Below, one piece after another: positions 28,050-35,810 of a stretch of DNA of 35,810 nucleotides (position 1 is its first letter; every line of letters starts with the position of its first letter). The DNA is from a virus (lineage: Duplodnaviria; Heunggongvirae; Uroviricota; Caudoviricetes). Where the stretch lies: positions 1-35,810 of the IMG/VR virus record IMGVR_UViG_2579778748_000004. One strand, 5' to 3'. The notes beneath the pieces are model-generated. The model searched no databases. It was not told the DNA's origin and saw nothing but the letters and a program-made list of their open reading frames with translations. The translations under genes and the position numbers were made by a program.

Positions 28050-30378
28050 ATTGATTCCACTCTGTTATAGTTGAATATCCCGGCCACTCATCAGCGACCG
28101 GATACGTGAATTTTTTCCCGTCATAATTTACGGTTGCCCCACGCGCCAGCGACTCAAGCTCCCATCGCTGAGGTCTGATACCGTTCTGAGCAAGATCAAC
28201 GCGAATACGGGTAATTTGCAATCGCTCCGACCTGGTCAGCCTGGCTGATGGCGCTATTTCATGCGGTTTTAACGGACTTCCGTTTCTTTGCTGACGATTT
28301 GGTGTTCTCAGTCCGCATTTTAATGCACCTCTGAGCGCCCTCACAACCTCCGGGTCACTCCATTCGATAACACCGTCATCAACCAGATTAAGCACTGCTG
28401 CGGCGTGTTCAGAAGGTGTGGGAGCCGGTAACGAAGTATCACCACCGGTGAGCTTTCCACAGTTATTGACAGGACTCCGAGGCGCGGCGATGCCGCTTTT
28501 TAAAGTCAAAGGCTCAACGACCGGAACTTTCGGCACAATGCGCCAGTCCGTCGTTCTGGTGATATGAATATGACGCGCGCCGAGATGCGGCGCGTAAATG
28601 CCGACCACTCTCCCGACTTCTTCCTCGTACTCGTTAACGTCATCCGACGGGCTACGGGCGACTCTGACAGTCTGGCAATCACGCGGAACATTTGCCCCAC
28701 CCTGCGCGCTGATATACAACGCAAAATCACCACTGTCTGCGGCGGCACGTGCAGCCTCAACTCGTTCGTCAAACTCATCAGCAATGCTGACGCCGCGAGG
28801 CAATTTGCGTAGTTCACGGTAAGCCCCCATTGTCGGCAGGCCAACCGTTTTAAATTGCGGGATGCGCCACGTTGACGCCCATGCGGTAACAGCCGCAGCA
28901 GTATCTTTCAGCGGCCTGCCGGTATCGTTATCGAGCTGACCATCCAGTGCATAGCCATCGATGTTTTTTGAGATGTATTTCGCGATATACCCCGCAGCAC
29001 CGCCCCGGTTAAGATGTTTTGCCTGAAAACGGTTTCGCGCGGCTCCTCTTTCGTCGCCATCCTCTTTGAGCGCATAGCGACGCATGATTTCGATAATCTG
29101 GTTACGCTGGCGTGGATTACAAAAAAGCATCATATGCCAGTGCGGCGTTCCGTCGTGGTGTGGCTCGACGACTCGCAAACCGTAGACCTGTAAATCATTA
29201 TCCTTGAATGCCGTGCGCATCAGGCTCCAGATACGGCAGAGATAACGCTGCGCATCCTTTGGATTAAATGCCTCATCGTTCCAGCCGTGATTAAGCTGAA
29301 CGGTTTTACTTTCGCCTTTTCTGACCTGACGAGTCGGGTGATACTTTGACGGCGCGGTCAGCGTGATAAACATCCCCACATCACCCTCTGCGGCGGCGTA
29401 ACGCTCAATACCGGCAATGGTGTTCATCAGCTCCATCCGGCGAATTTCAGGATTAGAAATACTGCCCATCACCTTACTGATAAGGTCGATGCGCTCGCCG
29501 GTTTCCCTGTTTTCAAGGTCACACGATTTAAGAAATTCCAGATTTGCCTGGCGGCGCGCACGCACATCACGAATGGCGTGTTTACTGGCATAAGGAGAAC
29601 GGTCTTTATTGACCTCCCCGACAGCTATCAGTAACGCTTCATGCCAGCGCATACGCTGGCCTTTAAGCTGATGAGTCCACCACTCATCGTTAAACAGACG
29701 GGCAATGGCAGAATATGCCTGCCTCGTGGTCATCTGCCCTTTACGGTATTTTTTCCAGTAGAGAGGGGAAATATTGAAAGCACGTGCAGCGCCAGCAACA
29801 TGACCATAGAGGTGAGCCTGCGCCTCATCCGTAAACAGCGATTCTTTTTCGCCATGCGCATCCACCCAGGCATCGCTGAGTTCCTCATACATCATGAAAA
29901 GCTGCGATGAGATACGGGCAGCAAACTTTTTCAGCTCCTTGTCATTCATTCCCGGCAGGCGCGCATAGTGGTCACGCTCTGCCAGAAACAGTAACGACGC
30001 GTCGGTGTTCATTTCATGGCGCTGATTCACACGCTCAATGCGCGGCCATAAACGACGCTGAAAAGTGGATGTGAGGAAATAAAACCCGTGTACCGGGCTT
30101 TTATTGCGCCGGATGTAGTCATAGCGTGAAGTAAACAGCGAGCGCAAAAAGTAAGGCAGGCGGTTAATCGTGGATAAAACACCTTGCACCTGACGCATCT
30201 CGTCACGTGTAAGGGGTCTTTCGCGCCCGACGGCCTCGCGTGGCGCGTTCCATGCATAAGCACCGGTAAACGCCTTACCGGTGCCTGCAGCAAATGCTGA
30301 AGGAGGGACAAAACGCCCGGAGGCTTTAACGGCCATATGAGCCAAAAGCCTCTGAACAACGCCTGCTGAGTTGCTCAA
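28036..30378 (-). CDS. A: Replication initiation protein A (rolling-circle HUH endonuclease)
   Basis: 780 aa; HUH-type motif …TPHWHMMLF… and tyrosine pair …YIAKYISKNIDGY…; P2 synteny. Confidence 0.9.
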   Translation of the reverse strand: MSNSAGVVQRLLAHMAVKASGRFVPPSAFAAGTGKAFTGAYAWNAPREAVGRERPLTRDEMRQVQGVLSTINRLPYFLRSLFTSRYDYIRRNKSPVHGFYFLTSTFQRRLWPRIERVNQRHEMNTDASLLFLAERDHYARLPGMNDKELKKFAARISSQLFMMYEELSDAWVDAHGEKESLFTDEAQAHLYGHVAGAARAFNISPLYWKKYRKGQMTTRQAYSAIARLFNDEWWTHQLKGQRMRWHEALLIAVGEVNKDRSPYASKHAIRDVRARRQANLEFLKSCDLENRETGERIDLISKVMGSISNPEIRRMELMNTIAGIERYAAAEGDVGMFITLTAPSKYHPTRQVRKGESKTVQLNHGWNDEAFNPKDAQRYLCRIWSLMRTAFKDNDLQVYGLRVVEPHHDGTPHWHMMLFCNPRQRNQIIEIMRRYALKEDGDERGAARNRFQAKHLNRGGAAGYIAKYISKNIDGYALDGQLDNDTGRPLKDTAAAVTAWASTWRIPQFKTVGLPTMGAYRELRKLPRGVSIADEFDERVEAARAAADSGDFALYISAQGGANVPRDCQTVRVARSPSDDVNEYEEEVGRVVGIYAPHLGARHIHITRTTDWRIVPKVPVVEPLTLKSGIAAPRSPVNNCGKLTGGDTSLPAPTPSEHAAAVLNLVDDGVIEWSDPEVVRALRGALKCGLRTPNRQQRNGSPLKPHEIAPSARLTRSERLQITRIRVDLAQNGIRPQRWELESLARGATVNYDGKKFTYPVADEWPGYSTITEWNQFDDG
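28237..28382. repeat. Degenerate direct repeat of the A 3' region, copy 2 (inside the A coding sequence)
   Basis: Pairs with 27905..28049; within A it encodes ...VDDGVIEWSDPEVVRALRGALKCGLRTPNRQQRNGSPLKPHE. Confidence 0.75.
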
Positions 30379-30601
30379 CCTGCGCGTTTAAATCAGCAAA
30401 AGACTTTGCGCTTCCGGTCAGAATATCGTGATGCATCAGGCCGGAAACGAGCTGGCTTAATTTCGGATAATAACCAACCACCGCCAGCCATTCCTGACCG
30501 GCGTTTTTACCGCTTTCCGCTCTCTTTTTCTCGTGGAGAATAAACTGAAAGCTGTCACTGGTAACGACATAACGTTCGCCAATTTCAATACGAATACTCA
30601 T
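30326..30601 (-). CDS. Small early-region protein, P2 orf83-like
   Basis: 91-aa ORF immediately upstream of and overlapping A; position matches the small ORFs between B and A in P2. Confidence 0.6.
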   Translation of the reverse strand: MSIRIEIGERYVVTSDSFQFILHEKKRAESGKNAGQEWLAVVGYYPKLSQLVSGLMHHDILTGSAKSFADLNAQVEQLSRRCSEAFGSYGR

Positions 30602-30822
30602 GCCGTTCTCCGGTAATGTTTGTTTTTTGCTTCAAAGACTGACTGGCAGGAAACACAACGCGTGGCTGACGGATAAGCCGCACGACGGGCAGCAGGTATT
30701 GGCGCGTCACACTCTTCGCAAACCAGCGCAGAAGCTCCGCAATGTTTTACCCTTGCCGCGTTAATCTGACGCTCCAGTAATTCAGCCTGTTGTTCCTGAA
30801 TAAAATCTACGTTGTCCGGCAT
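30598..30822 (-). CDS. DksA/TraR-family C4 zinc-finger protein, P2 orf82-like
   Basis: 74 aa with C-x2-C…C-x2-C spacing (CEECDAPIP…CVSCQ) characteristic of TraR/DksA-type zinc fingers. Confidence 0.65.
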   Translation of the reverse strand: MPDNVDFIQEQQAELLERQINAARVKHCGASALVCEECDAPIPAARRAAYPSATRCVSCQSVFEAKNKHYRRTA

Positions 30823-31127
30823 TACCAGTTCCTTTTGTCGTTAAGTTTTTTAAATTCATCAGCGCAATAGCTGGCAATTTCTGTCGTTAATTTCGTCAGT
30901 TCATCCACGGAGGAGATTTGCTTGTGAAATACAGCGCGTTTAACAAGTAAATTGACCACATCAGACAGGAGATTTAATTCGTTCTGATAAATCGCGATAA
31001 CAGACTCAGTTATTTCGCGTTTTTCTTTATCAAGACCAAGTTGAATAAGAGATAGATCGCCATTTTTCATAACGGTGATTTTTAAGGCGTTATTCAGTAA
31101 TACAACTGAACGAGAACAGGACATCAA
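30822..31127 (-). CDS. Hypothetical early-region protein, P2 orf81-like
   Basis: 101-aa ORF; early-region synteny. Confidence 0.5.
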   Translation of the reverse strand: MMSCSRSVVLLNNALKITVMKNGDLSLIQLGLDKEKREITESVIAIYQNELNLLSDVVNLLVKRAVFHKQISSVDELTKLTTEIASYCADEFKKLNDKRNW

Positions 31128-31381
31128 AGCACCTCCCCGCGAGACAATCCGATATTGTGAAATTTTTCCGACTCCTGACTGAGCAGCTCGACTATCTCTA
31201 CGCGGGATAACTCCGCCTTTGTGATGTGGCGAATCATGGCGTCAAGATGAGAAGAAAAGCGCGTCGCTGCGTCGGCCTGTGCTTCGGTTCTGGCCTGTTG
31301 CAGCAGTAATGCGTATTTACCGCACTGATTTTCAGAAACTGTATGCATGACTTTCTCCAGGCAAAAAGAAGCCCCGCACAA
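31124..31381 (-). CDS. Hypothetical early-region protein, P2 orf80-like
   Basis: 85-aa ORF, possibly starting at an internal ATG near 31348; early-region synteny. Confidence 0.5.
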   Translation of the reverse strand: MCGASFCLEKVMHTVSENQCGKYALLLQQARTEAQADAATRFSSHLDAMIRHITKAELSRVEIVELLSQESEKFHNIGLSRGEVL

Positions 31382-31411
31382 TTAAGTGCGTTAAAAACTC
31401 TGGTTAATTAC

Positions 31412-31912
31412 TTAATGCAGATATTGCTCTGGTTTTACCGACGTCAGAATTGTCGGTGCATACTCAAACAGGCTGAATAATTCACGTAATGCACGGAATA
31501 AGGCATCACGCCAGTAACATGATTCTTCATTAATTCGCCAGTATGGCTGGTTGAATTCTTTTTCAGTCAATCCGGCATGCATAAATAAAGTACGGCGCTG
31601 ACTGACAGTTAAAAAGCTAATATATGCATACTCACTTGCACCGACCTGACGGCGTTTTGAGAATGCCCCACGCAGTTCATCAATTGCACAAACCAGCCGT
31701 TCACGTTCGACGTCGTTCATTTCTTCAAAACGCATCGTTGCGTGACGCTGTTTTAACTGCGCATGGAAGCAAACCGTTAGCCGTTCGCGTTCCATCATCT
31801 GATTATAATAATCGCATGTCTCCTGCCAGCGAGGGACGGCCAGATGCTTACCAATTATCCGGCGCATAGCTGCTGGCTGTTTTTCAACGAGATTGAGCGT
31901 CATCACTGTCAT
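31412..31912 (-). CDS. B: Replication protein B (helicase-loader-like)
   Basis: 166 aa; sequence (MTVMTLNLVEKQPAAMRRIIGKHLAVPRWQ…) matches P2 gpB as I recall it. Confidence 0.85.
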   Translation of the reverse strand: MTVMTLNLVEKQPAAMRRIIGKHLAVPRWQETCDYYNQMMERERLTVCFHAQLKQRHATMRFEEMNDVERERLVCAIDELRGAFSKRRQVGASEYAYISFLTVSQRRTLFMHAGLTEKEFNQPYWRINEESCYWRDALFRALRELFSLFEYAPTILTSVKPEQYLH

Positions 31913-32103
31913 TTCCAGACCCTCCGGCTTTTCAGAAAGGTCAGAGCCTTTTTTAACGGACTCTGTTTTTTGGTGCGGATAATGATTCCCTTACGCCCCT
32001 TACCGTGGGTGATGGTGAAGTCAATCGCCCTGGGGCTTTCGTTACGCAATAACTGAGCAATACAACGAGGCTCATTCATACGGTTCTCCTTAACGTGGTT
32101 CAC
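31909..32103 (-). CDS. Small early-region protein, P2 orf78-like
   Basis: 64-aa basic ORF between cox and B. Confidence 0.5.
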   Translation of the reverse strand: MNHVKENRMNEPRCIAQLLRNESPRAIDFTITHGKGRKGIIIRTKKQSPLKKALTFLKSRRVWK

Positions 32104-32365
32104 CGAGACCTAACCACATCAACCAGCCGTCACGAATCTCTTTAGGACGGCTTTCATAAGCCAGTTTTAGTCCGTTATTCCATGCCGGAAGGTATACCCA
32201 ATATTCACCAGCACGCCCCGATACTGACTGAGGGTCAGTAATCTCAATAACTGGTAATTTCCCTTTCTCAATCATGCCCCTTACAGCTCTTGGAGTTTTA
32301 CCAATGAGTTTTGCAAACTCCTGATAAGGCACGGCATCAGTCACGCTTACAAGCTGTCTATTCAT
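32090..32365 (-). CDS. cox: Cox (excisionase and repressor of the lysogenic promoter)
   Basis: 91 aa; C-terminal half …GRAGEYWVYLPAWNNGLKLAYESRPKEIRDGWLMWLGLGEPR matches P2 Cox as I recall it; divergent from C. Confidence 0.85.
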   Translation of the reverse strand: MNRQLVSVTDAVPYQEFAKLIGKTPRAVRGMIEKGKLPVIEITDPQSVSGRAGEYWVYLPAWNNGLKLAYESRPKEIRDGWLMWLGLGEPR

Positions 32366-32486
32366 CTGCTACGATTCTCCCTTAGTGCTTCTAATGGCTC
32401 CTAATGGCTAATTATTGCCTAAAAGGATAACTCCAGAAGCGCAACATTTCACACTATCAGCAAGAAATTACGCAATCGGAGTAATT
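32366..32486. promoter_or_regulatory. Immunity switch region (face-to-face early and lysogenic promoters) with direct-repeat operator
   Basis: Intergenic region between divergent cox and C; direct repeats CTAATGGCT at 32391..32399 and 32401..32409, one helical turn apart. Confidence 0.6.
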
Positions 32487-32786
32487 ATGTCAATAGACGT
32501 TTCGGAGAAGTTGAAGCTAATCCGTGAATCTGAAAGGTTAAACCGTAAAGAATTCAGTGAATTAACTGGTGTAGCCTACAGCTCACTTTCGAGCTATGAG
32601 AGCCGGTCAAAAAACGCTGGAGTTGAAGCCATAATGAAGGTCTTACAACATCCCAGATTTACTAAATATACTTTGTGGTTCATGACTGATCAGGTAGCTC
32701 CAGAAGCCGGGCAAATTGCGCCCGCTCTCGCACACTTTGGGCAAAACGAAACAACGTCGCCCCACTCCGGTCAAAAGACTGGTTAA
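32487..32786 (+). CDS. C: Immunity repressor C
   Basis: 99-aa product from the ATG at 32487 with GGAG ribosome-binding site; C-terminus …FTKYTLWFMTDQVAPEAGQIAPALAHFGQNETTSPHSGQKTG resembles P2 C; the ORF-track start at 32415 is an upstream extension. Confidence 0.8.
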   Translation: MSIDVSEKLKLIRESERLNRKEFSELTGVAYSSLSSYESRSKNAGVEAIMKVLQHPRFTKYTLWFMTDQVAPEAGQIAPALAHFGQNETTSPHSGQKTG

Positions 32787-32901
32787 CAATTTATCGCGAA
32801 TATATTCATCACAAGTGCCTACTATTGGTGGCTAAATTTCAGCCACCACGAAAAAAGCGATTAGTAGTAGCAAAAAAAAGTACCACTCGGAGGGTTTTCT
32901 G

Positions 32902-33915
32902 ATGGCAATCAAAAAACTCGATGATGGTCGATATGAAGTGGACATCCGCCCTACTGGACGTAACGGAAAACGCATCCGTAGGAAGTTTGATAAGAAAAGC
33001 GAAGCTGTCGCTTTCGAAAAATACACGTTGTACAACCACCACAATAAAGAATGGCTATCAAAACCAACAGACAAACGACGTCTGTCGGAACTGACACAGA
33101 TCTGGTGGGATTTAAAGGGTAAACACGAAGAGCATGGGAAATCTAATCTTGGAAAAATTGAAATCTTCACAAAAATAACGAATGACCCATGCGCATTTCA
33201 AATCACGAAATCCCTTATCAGCCAGTACTGCGCCACCCGAAGAAGTCAGGGTATTAAACCTTCGAGTATCAATCGTGATTTAACATGTATTAGCGGCATG
33301 TTTACAGCCCTGATTGAAGCGGAGTTATTCTTTGGTGAGCACCCTATCAGAGGGACAAAGAGGCTTAAGGAGGAAAAACCAGAAACAGGCTATCTCACAC
33401 AGGAAGAAATTGCCTTACTGCTTGCAGCACTTGACGGCGACAACAAAAAGATTGCGATTCTTTGCCTGAGTACAGGAGCACGTTGGGGAGAAGCAGCTCG
33501 TTTGAAAGCAGAAAATATCATCCATAACCGCGTCACGTTTGTTAAAACGAAAACAAACAAACCACGCACCGTCCCGATCTCAGAGGCTGTTGCCAAAATG
33601 ATCGCGGATAACAAACGAGGTTTTTTATTCCCTGATGCTGATTACCCTCGCTTCAGACGAACAATGAAAGCAATAAAACCGGATTTGCCAACGGGGCAAG
33701 CCACACATGCACTAAGGCACAGCTTTGCCACTCATTTCATGATTAATGGAGGAAGTATTATCACGCTACAACGGATACTAGGTCACACGCGGATTGAGCA
33801 AACTATGGTTTACGCTCATTTTGCGCCAGAGTACCTTCAGGACGCCATTTCTCTTAATCCGCTAAGAGGTGGTACTGAAGCCGAGAGTGTCCACACAGTG
33901 TCCACAGTAGAGTAA
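32902..33915 (+). CDS. int: Tyrosine integrase Int
   Basis: 337 aa; tyrosine-recombinase catalytic region (…HALRHSFATHFM…ILGHTRIEQTMVYAHF…); located next to the att core. Confidence 0.9.
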   Translation: MAIKKLDDGRYEVDIRPTGRNGKRIRRKFDKKSEAVAFEKYTLYNHHNKEWLSKPTDKRRLSELTQIWWDLKGKHEEHGKSNLGKIEIFTKITNDPCAFQITKSLISQYCATRRSQGIKPSSINRDLTCISGMFTALIEAELFFGEHPIRGTKRLKEEKPETGYLTQEEIALLLAALDGDNKKIAILCLSTGARWGEAARLKAENIIHNRVTFVKTKTNKPRTVPISEAVAKMIADNKRGFLFPDADYPRFRRTMKAIKPDLPTGQATHALRHSFATHFMINGGSIITLQRILGHTRIEQTMVYAHFAPEYLQDAISLNPLRGGTEAESVHTVSTVE

Positions 33916-33994
33916 CGTTTAAGGGCTTTCAGTGGTAATTTATGCCGCTCAAACCCGCATTGTACCGTTGAAAGCCCCTACTGGTGACACCCTA

Positions 33995-34024
33995 AATCTC
34001 CCTTACACGGGCTTATTTTTTACG
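33995..34024. repeat. Prophage attachment core, int-proximal copy
   Basis: 30 bp identical to 1507..1536, about 80 bp downstream of the int stop. Confidence 0.85.
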
Positions 34025-34179
34025 CGTAAGCCCTATCCCTGGTCACCGTCTTCCATTGACCACATCGATAGAATCTCCCTTCATAGCACGATGCCTTTCA
34101 CGTAACGGCATCGTGCTCGCACAGGTTCCGGCTAAGCACAACCAGAACGCGCATGTTTGACGCTTACCAAAAAATATTC

Positions 34180-34497
34180 TCACTCTCCACATTTGAATGT
34201 CAGACGAGCGACGCCATGTAATCCTGCACCTTCTGTCTTCAGGTCAACTATCTGCATTTTTTTGCCCTGAGTAACACAGAAATGAGCTGCATCATTTTTT
34301 ACTATATTTTCTGCACCAGAAATTCTGCCCCTGGCTAAAGAAGCTTCGGCTTCGGTGTAGTATTGGTTATCGAGTTTACGCTGAATATTACTTTTATATG
34401 CAAGACCAAATTTACCGATACTTGTCTCATCATTATGCACAGCACACCCAGACATAAGAAAAACACTAATTAATGATATAGCAGCTATCTTTTTCAT
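34180..34497 (-). CDS. yegR: Lipoprotein YegR (host gene)
   Basis: 105-aa product from the ATG at 34497 (MKKIAAISLISVFLMSGC…) with a lipobox; the ORF track reports a longer frame 34180..34557; adjacent to yegS as in E. coli. Confidence 0.75.
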   Translation of the reverse strand: MKKIAAISLISVFLMSGCAVHNDETSIGKFGLAYKSNIQRKLDNQYYTEAEASLARGRISGAENIVKNDAAHFCVTQGKKMQIVDLKTEGAGLHGVARLTFKCGE

Positions 34498-34910
34498 CTT
34501 ACCTTCCCCCATTAAATACCAACGACACGCTTTGGTGTTAAAATATAATAATGGCATGATTATTATAATTGAATAGGATTATAATAAATGTTCTGTACAA
34601 CATTTCCTACATAAGTAGGAATTACATACACGGATGCCCTTCCGGATAACCCCATGGGGGGTTAATATATTTTTAATAGTATATTGAAGATGCCACTGTT
34701 TAGTTGAATATTAGGTATATGCTCTTTTTTGAAATTTACCGGTGGCTACCGTTAACATTCACTGTCCCCATTGCAAGCTCCTGGTGGTAACCACTGAATC
34801 CTCTATACTTGAACTGACTTTTTATCCTCCGACTTTCATCCTGTTCTGACTCCACCTTTTCTTTTCTGCTCTACACTATCTACAGACCAATCATAAAGGC
34901 ACATACGATC

Positions 34911-35810
34911 ATGGCAGAATTTCCCGCCAGCTTACTGATTCTTAATGGCAAAAGTACTGACAATTTACCATTGCGCGAAGCAATTATGCTGTTGCGTGAG
35001 GAAGGAATGACGATCCATGTGCGGGTCACCTGGGAGAAAGGCGATGCCGCACGATATGTAGAGGAGGCCCGGAAGTTGGGCGTCGCAACGGTGATTGCCG
35101 GTGGTGGCGATGGCACCATTAATGAAGTTTCTACGGCGTTGATTCAGTGTGAGGGGGATGACATACCCGCGCTAGGAATTTTGCCATTAGGAACCGCCAA
35201 TGATTTTGCCACCAGTGTAAGGATTCCTGAGGCACTGGATAAGGCGCTGAAACTGGCAATTGCCGGTGACGCCATTGCGATAGATATGGCGCAGGTCAAC
35301 AAACAAACCTGTTTTATTAATATGGCGACAGGCGGATTTGGGACGCGTATTACCACAGAAACGCCGGAAAAATTAAAAGCCGCGCTGGGTGGCGTCTCTT
35401 ACATCATTCATGGCTTAATGCGCATGGATACTCTGCAACCGGACCGTTGTGAGATCCGCGGTGAAAACTTTCACTGGCAAGGTGACGCCCTGGTCATTGG
35501 TATTGGTAACGGGCGTCAGGCCGGTGGCGGTCAGCAATTGTGCCCGAACGCGTTAATTAACGATGGCTTGCTGCAACTGCGCATTTTTACCGGCGATGAA
35601 ATTCTTCCGGCTCTCGTATCAACATTAAAATCTGACGAAGATAACCCGAATATTATCGAAGGCGCTTCGTCGTGGTTTGATATACAAGCCCCACACGAAA
35701 TCACTTTTAATCTTGATGGCGAACCGTTGAGCGGACAAAACTTTCATATTGAAATACTTCCGGCGGCGTTGCGTTGTCGATTACCACCAGATTGCCCATT
35801 GTTGCGTTAA
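34911..35810 (+). CDS. yegS: Lipid kinase YegS (diacylglycerol-kinase catalytic-domain family)
   Basis: 299-aa complete ORF; GGDGT nucleotide-binding motif (…[12 protein letters not shown]…). Confidence 0.85.
   Translation: MAEFPASLLILNGKSTDNLPLREAIMLLREEGMTIHVRVTWEKGDAARYVEEARKLGVATVIAGGGDGTINEVSTALIQCEGDDIPALGILPLGTANDFATSVRIPEALDKALKLAIAGDAIAIDMAQVNKQTCFINMATGGFGTRITTETPEKLKAALGGVSYIIHGLMRMDTLQPDRCEIRGENFHWQGDALVIGIGNGRQAGGGQQLCPNALINDGLLQLRIFTGDEILPALVSTLKSDEDNPNIIEGASSWFDIQAPHEITFNLDGEPLSGQNFHIEILPAALRCRLPPDCPLLR

Noticed and set aside
32832-33170. 112-aa minus-strand ORF overlapping the int 5' end
   Set aside because: Antisense to the integrase gene and overlapping its promoter; no support from P2 organisation.
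1-35810. CRISPR arrays, insertion sequences or transposase genes anywhere in the window
   Set aside because: No short regularly spaced repeats and no transposase-like ORF or terminal inverted repeats; the only mobile element evident is the prophage itself.

Overview
This window is an Escherichia/Shigella-type chromosomal locus (yegQ, cyaR sRNA, then yegR and yegS) carrying a complete P2-like temperate prophage of about 32.5 kb, integrated at the 3' end of cyaR and bounded by a 30-bp perfect direct repeat (1507..1536 and 33995..34024). All canonical P2 modules are present in P2 order: ogr, the D-U-T-E/E'-FII-FI tail genes, the G/H tail fibre genes, baseplate I-J-W-V, S/R, the lysis cassette (lysC, lysB, lysA, K, Y), X, L, M, N, O, divergent P and Q, cos, then A, four small ORFs, B, cox, C and int. 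Two AT-rich cargo islands sit at the two positions known to be variable anti-phage hotspots in P2-like phages. The first, at the Z/fun position between G and FI (8749..10049), holds a two-gene operon: a 216-aa coiled-coil protein and a 174-aa membrane protein. The second, at the old/tin position between cos and A (about 25230..27760), holds a 145-aa protein, a 363-aa ComEC-like metallo-beta-lactamase-fold protein, and a convergent 206-aa multi-pass membrane protein. These two islands are the best candidates for uncharacterised defence systems; I could not match either to a named system from sequence alone. Gene calls rest on the supplied ORF track, P2 synteny, and protein motifs I recognise by eye; no database search was run, and manually derived coordinates for small sites may be off by a base or two.
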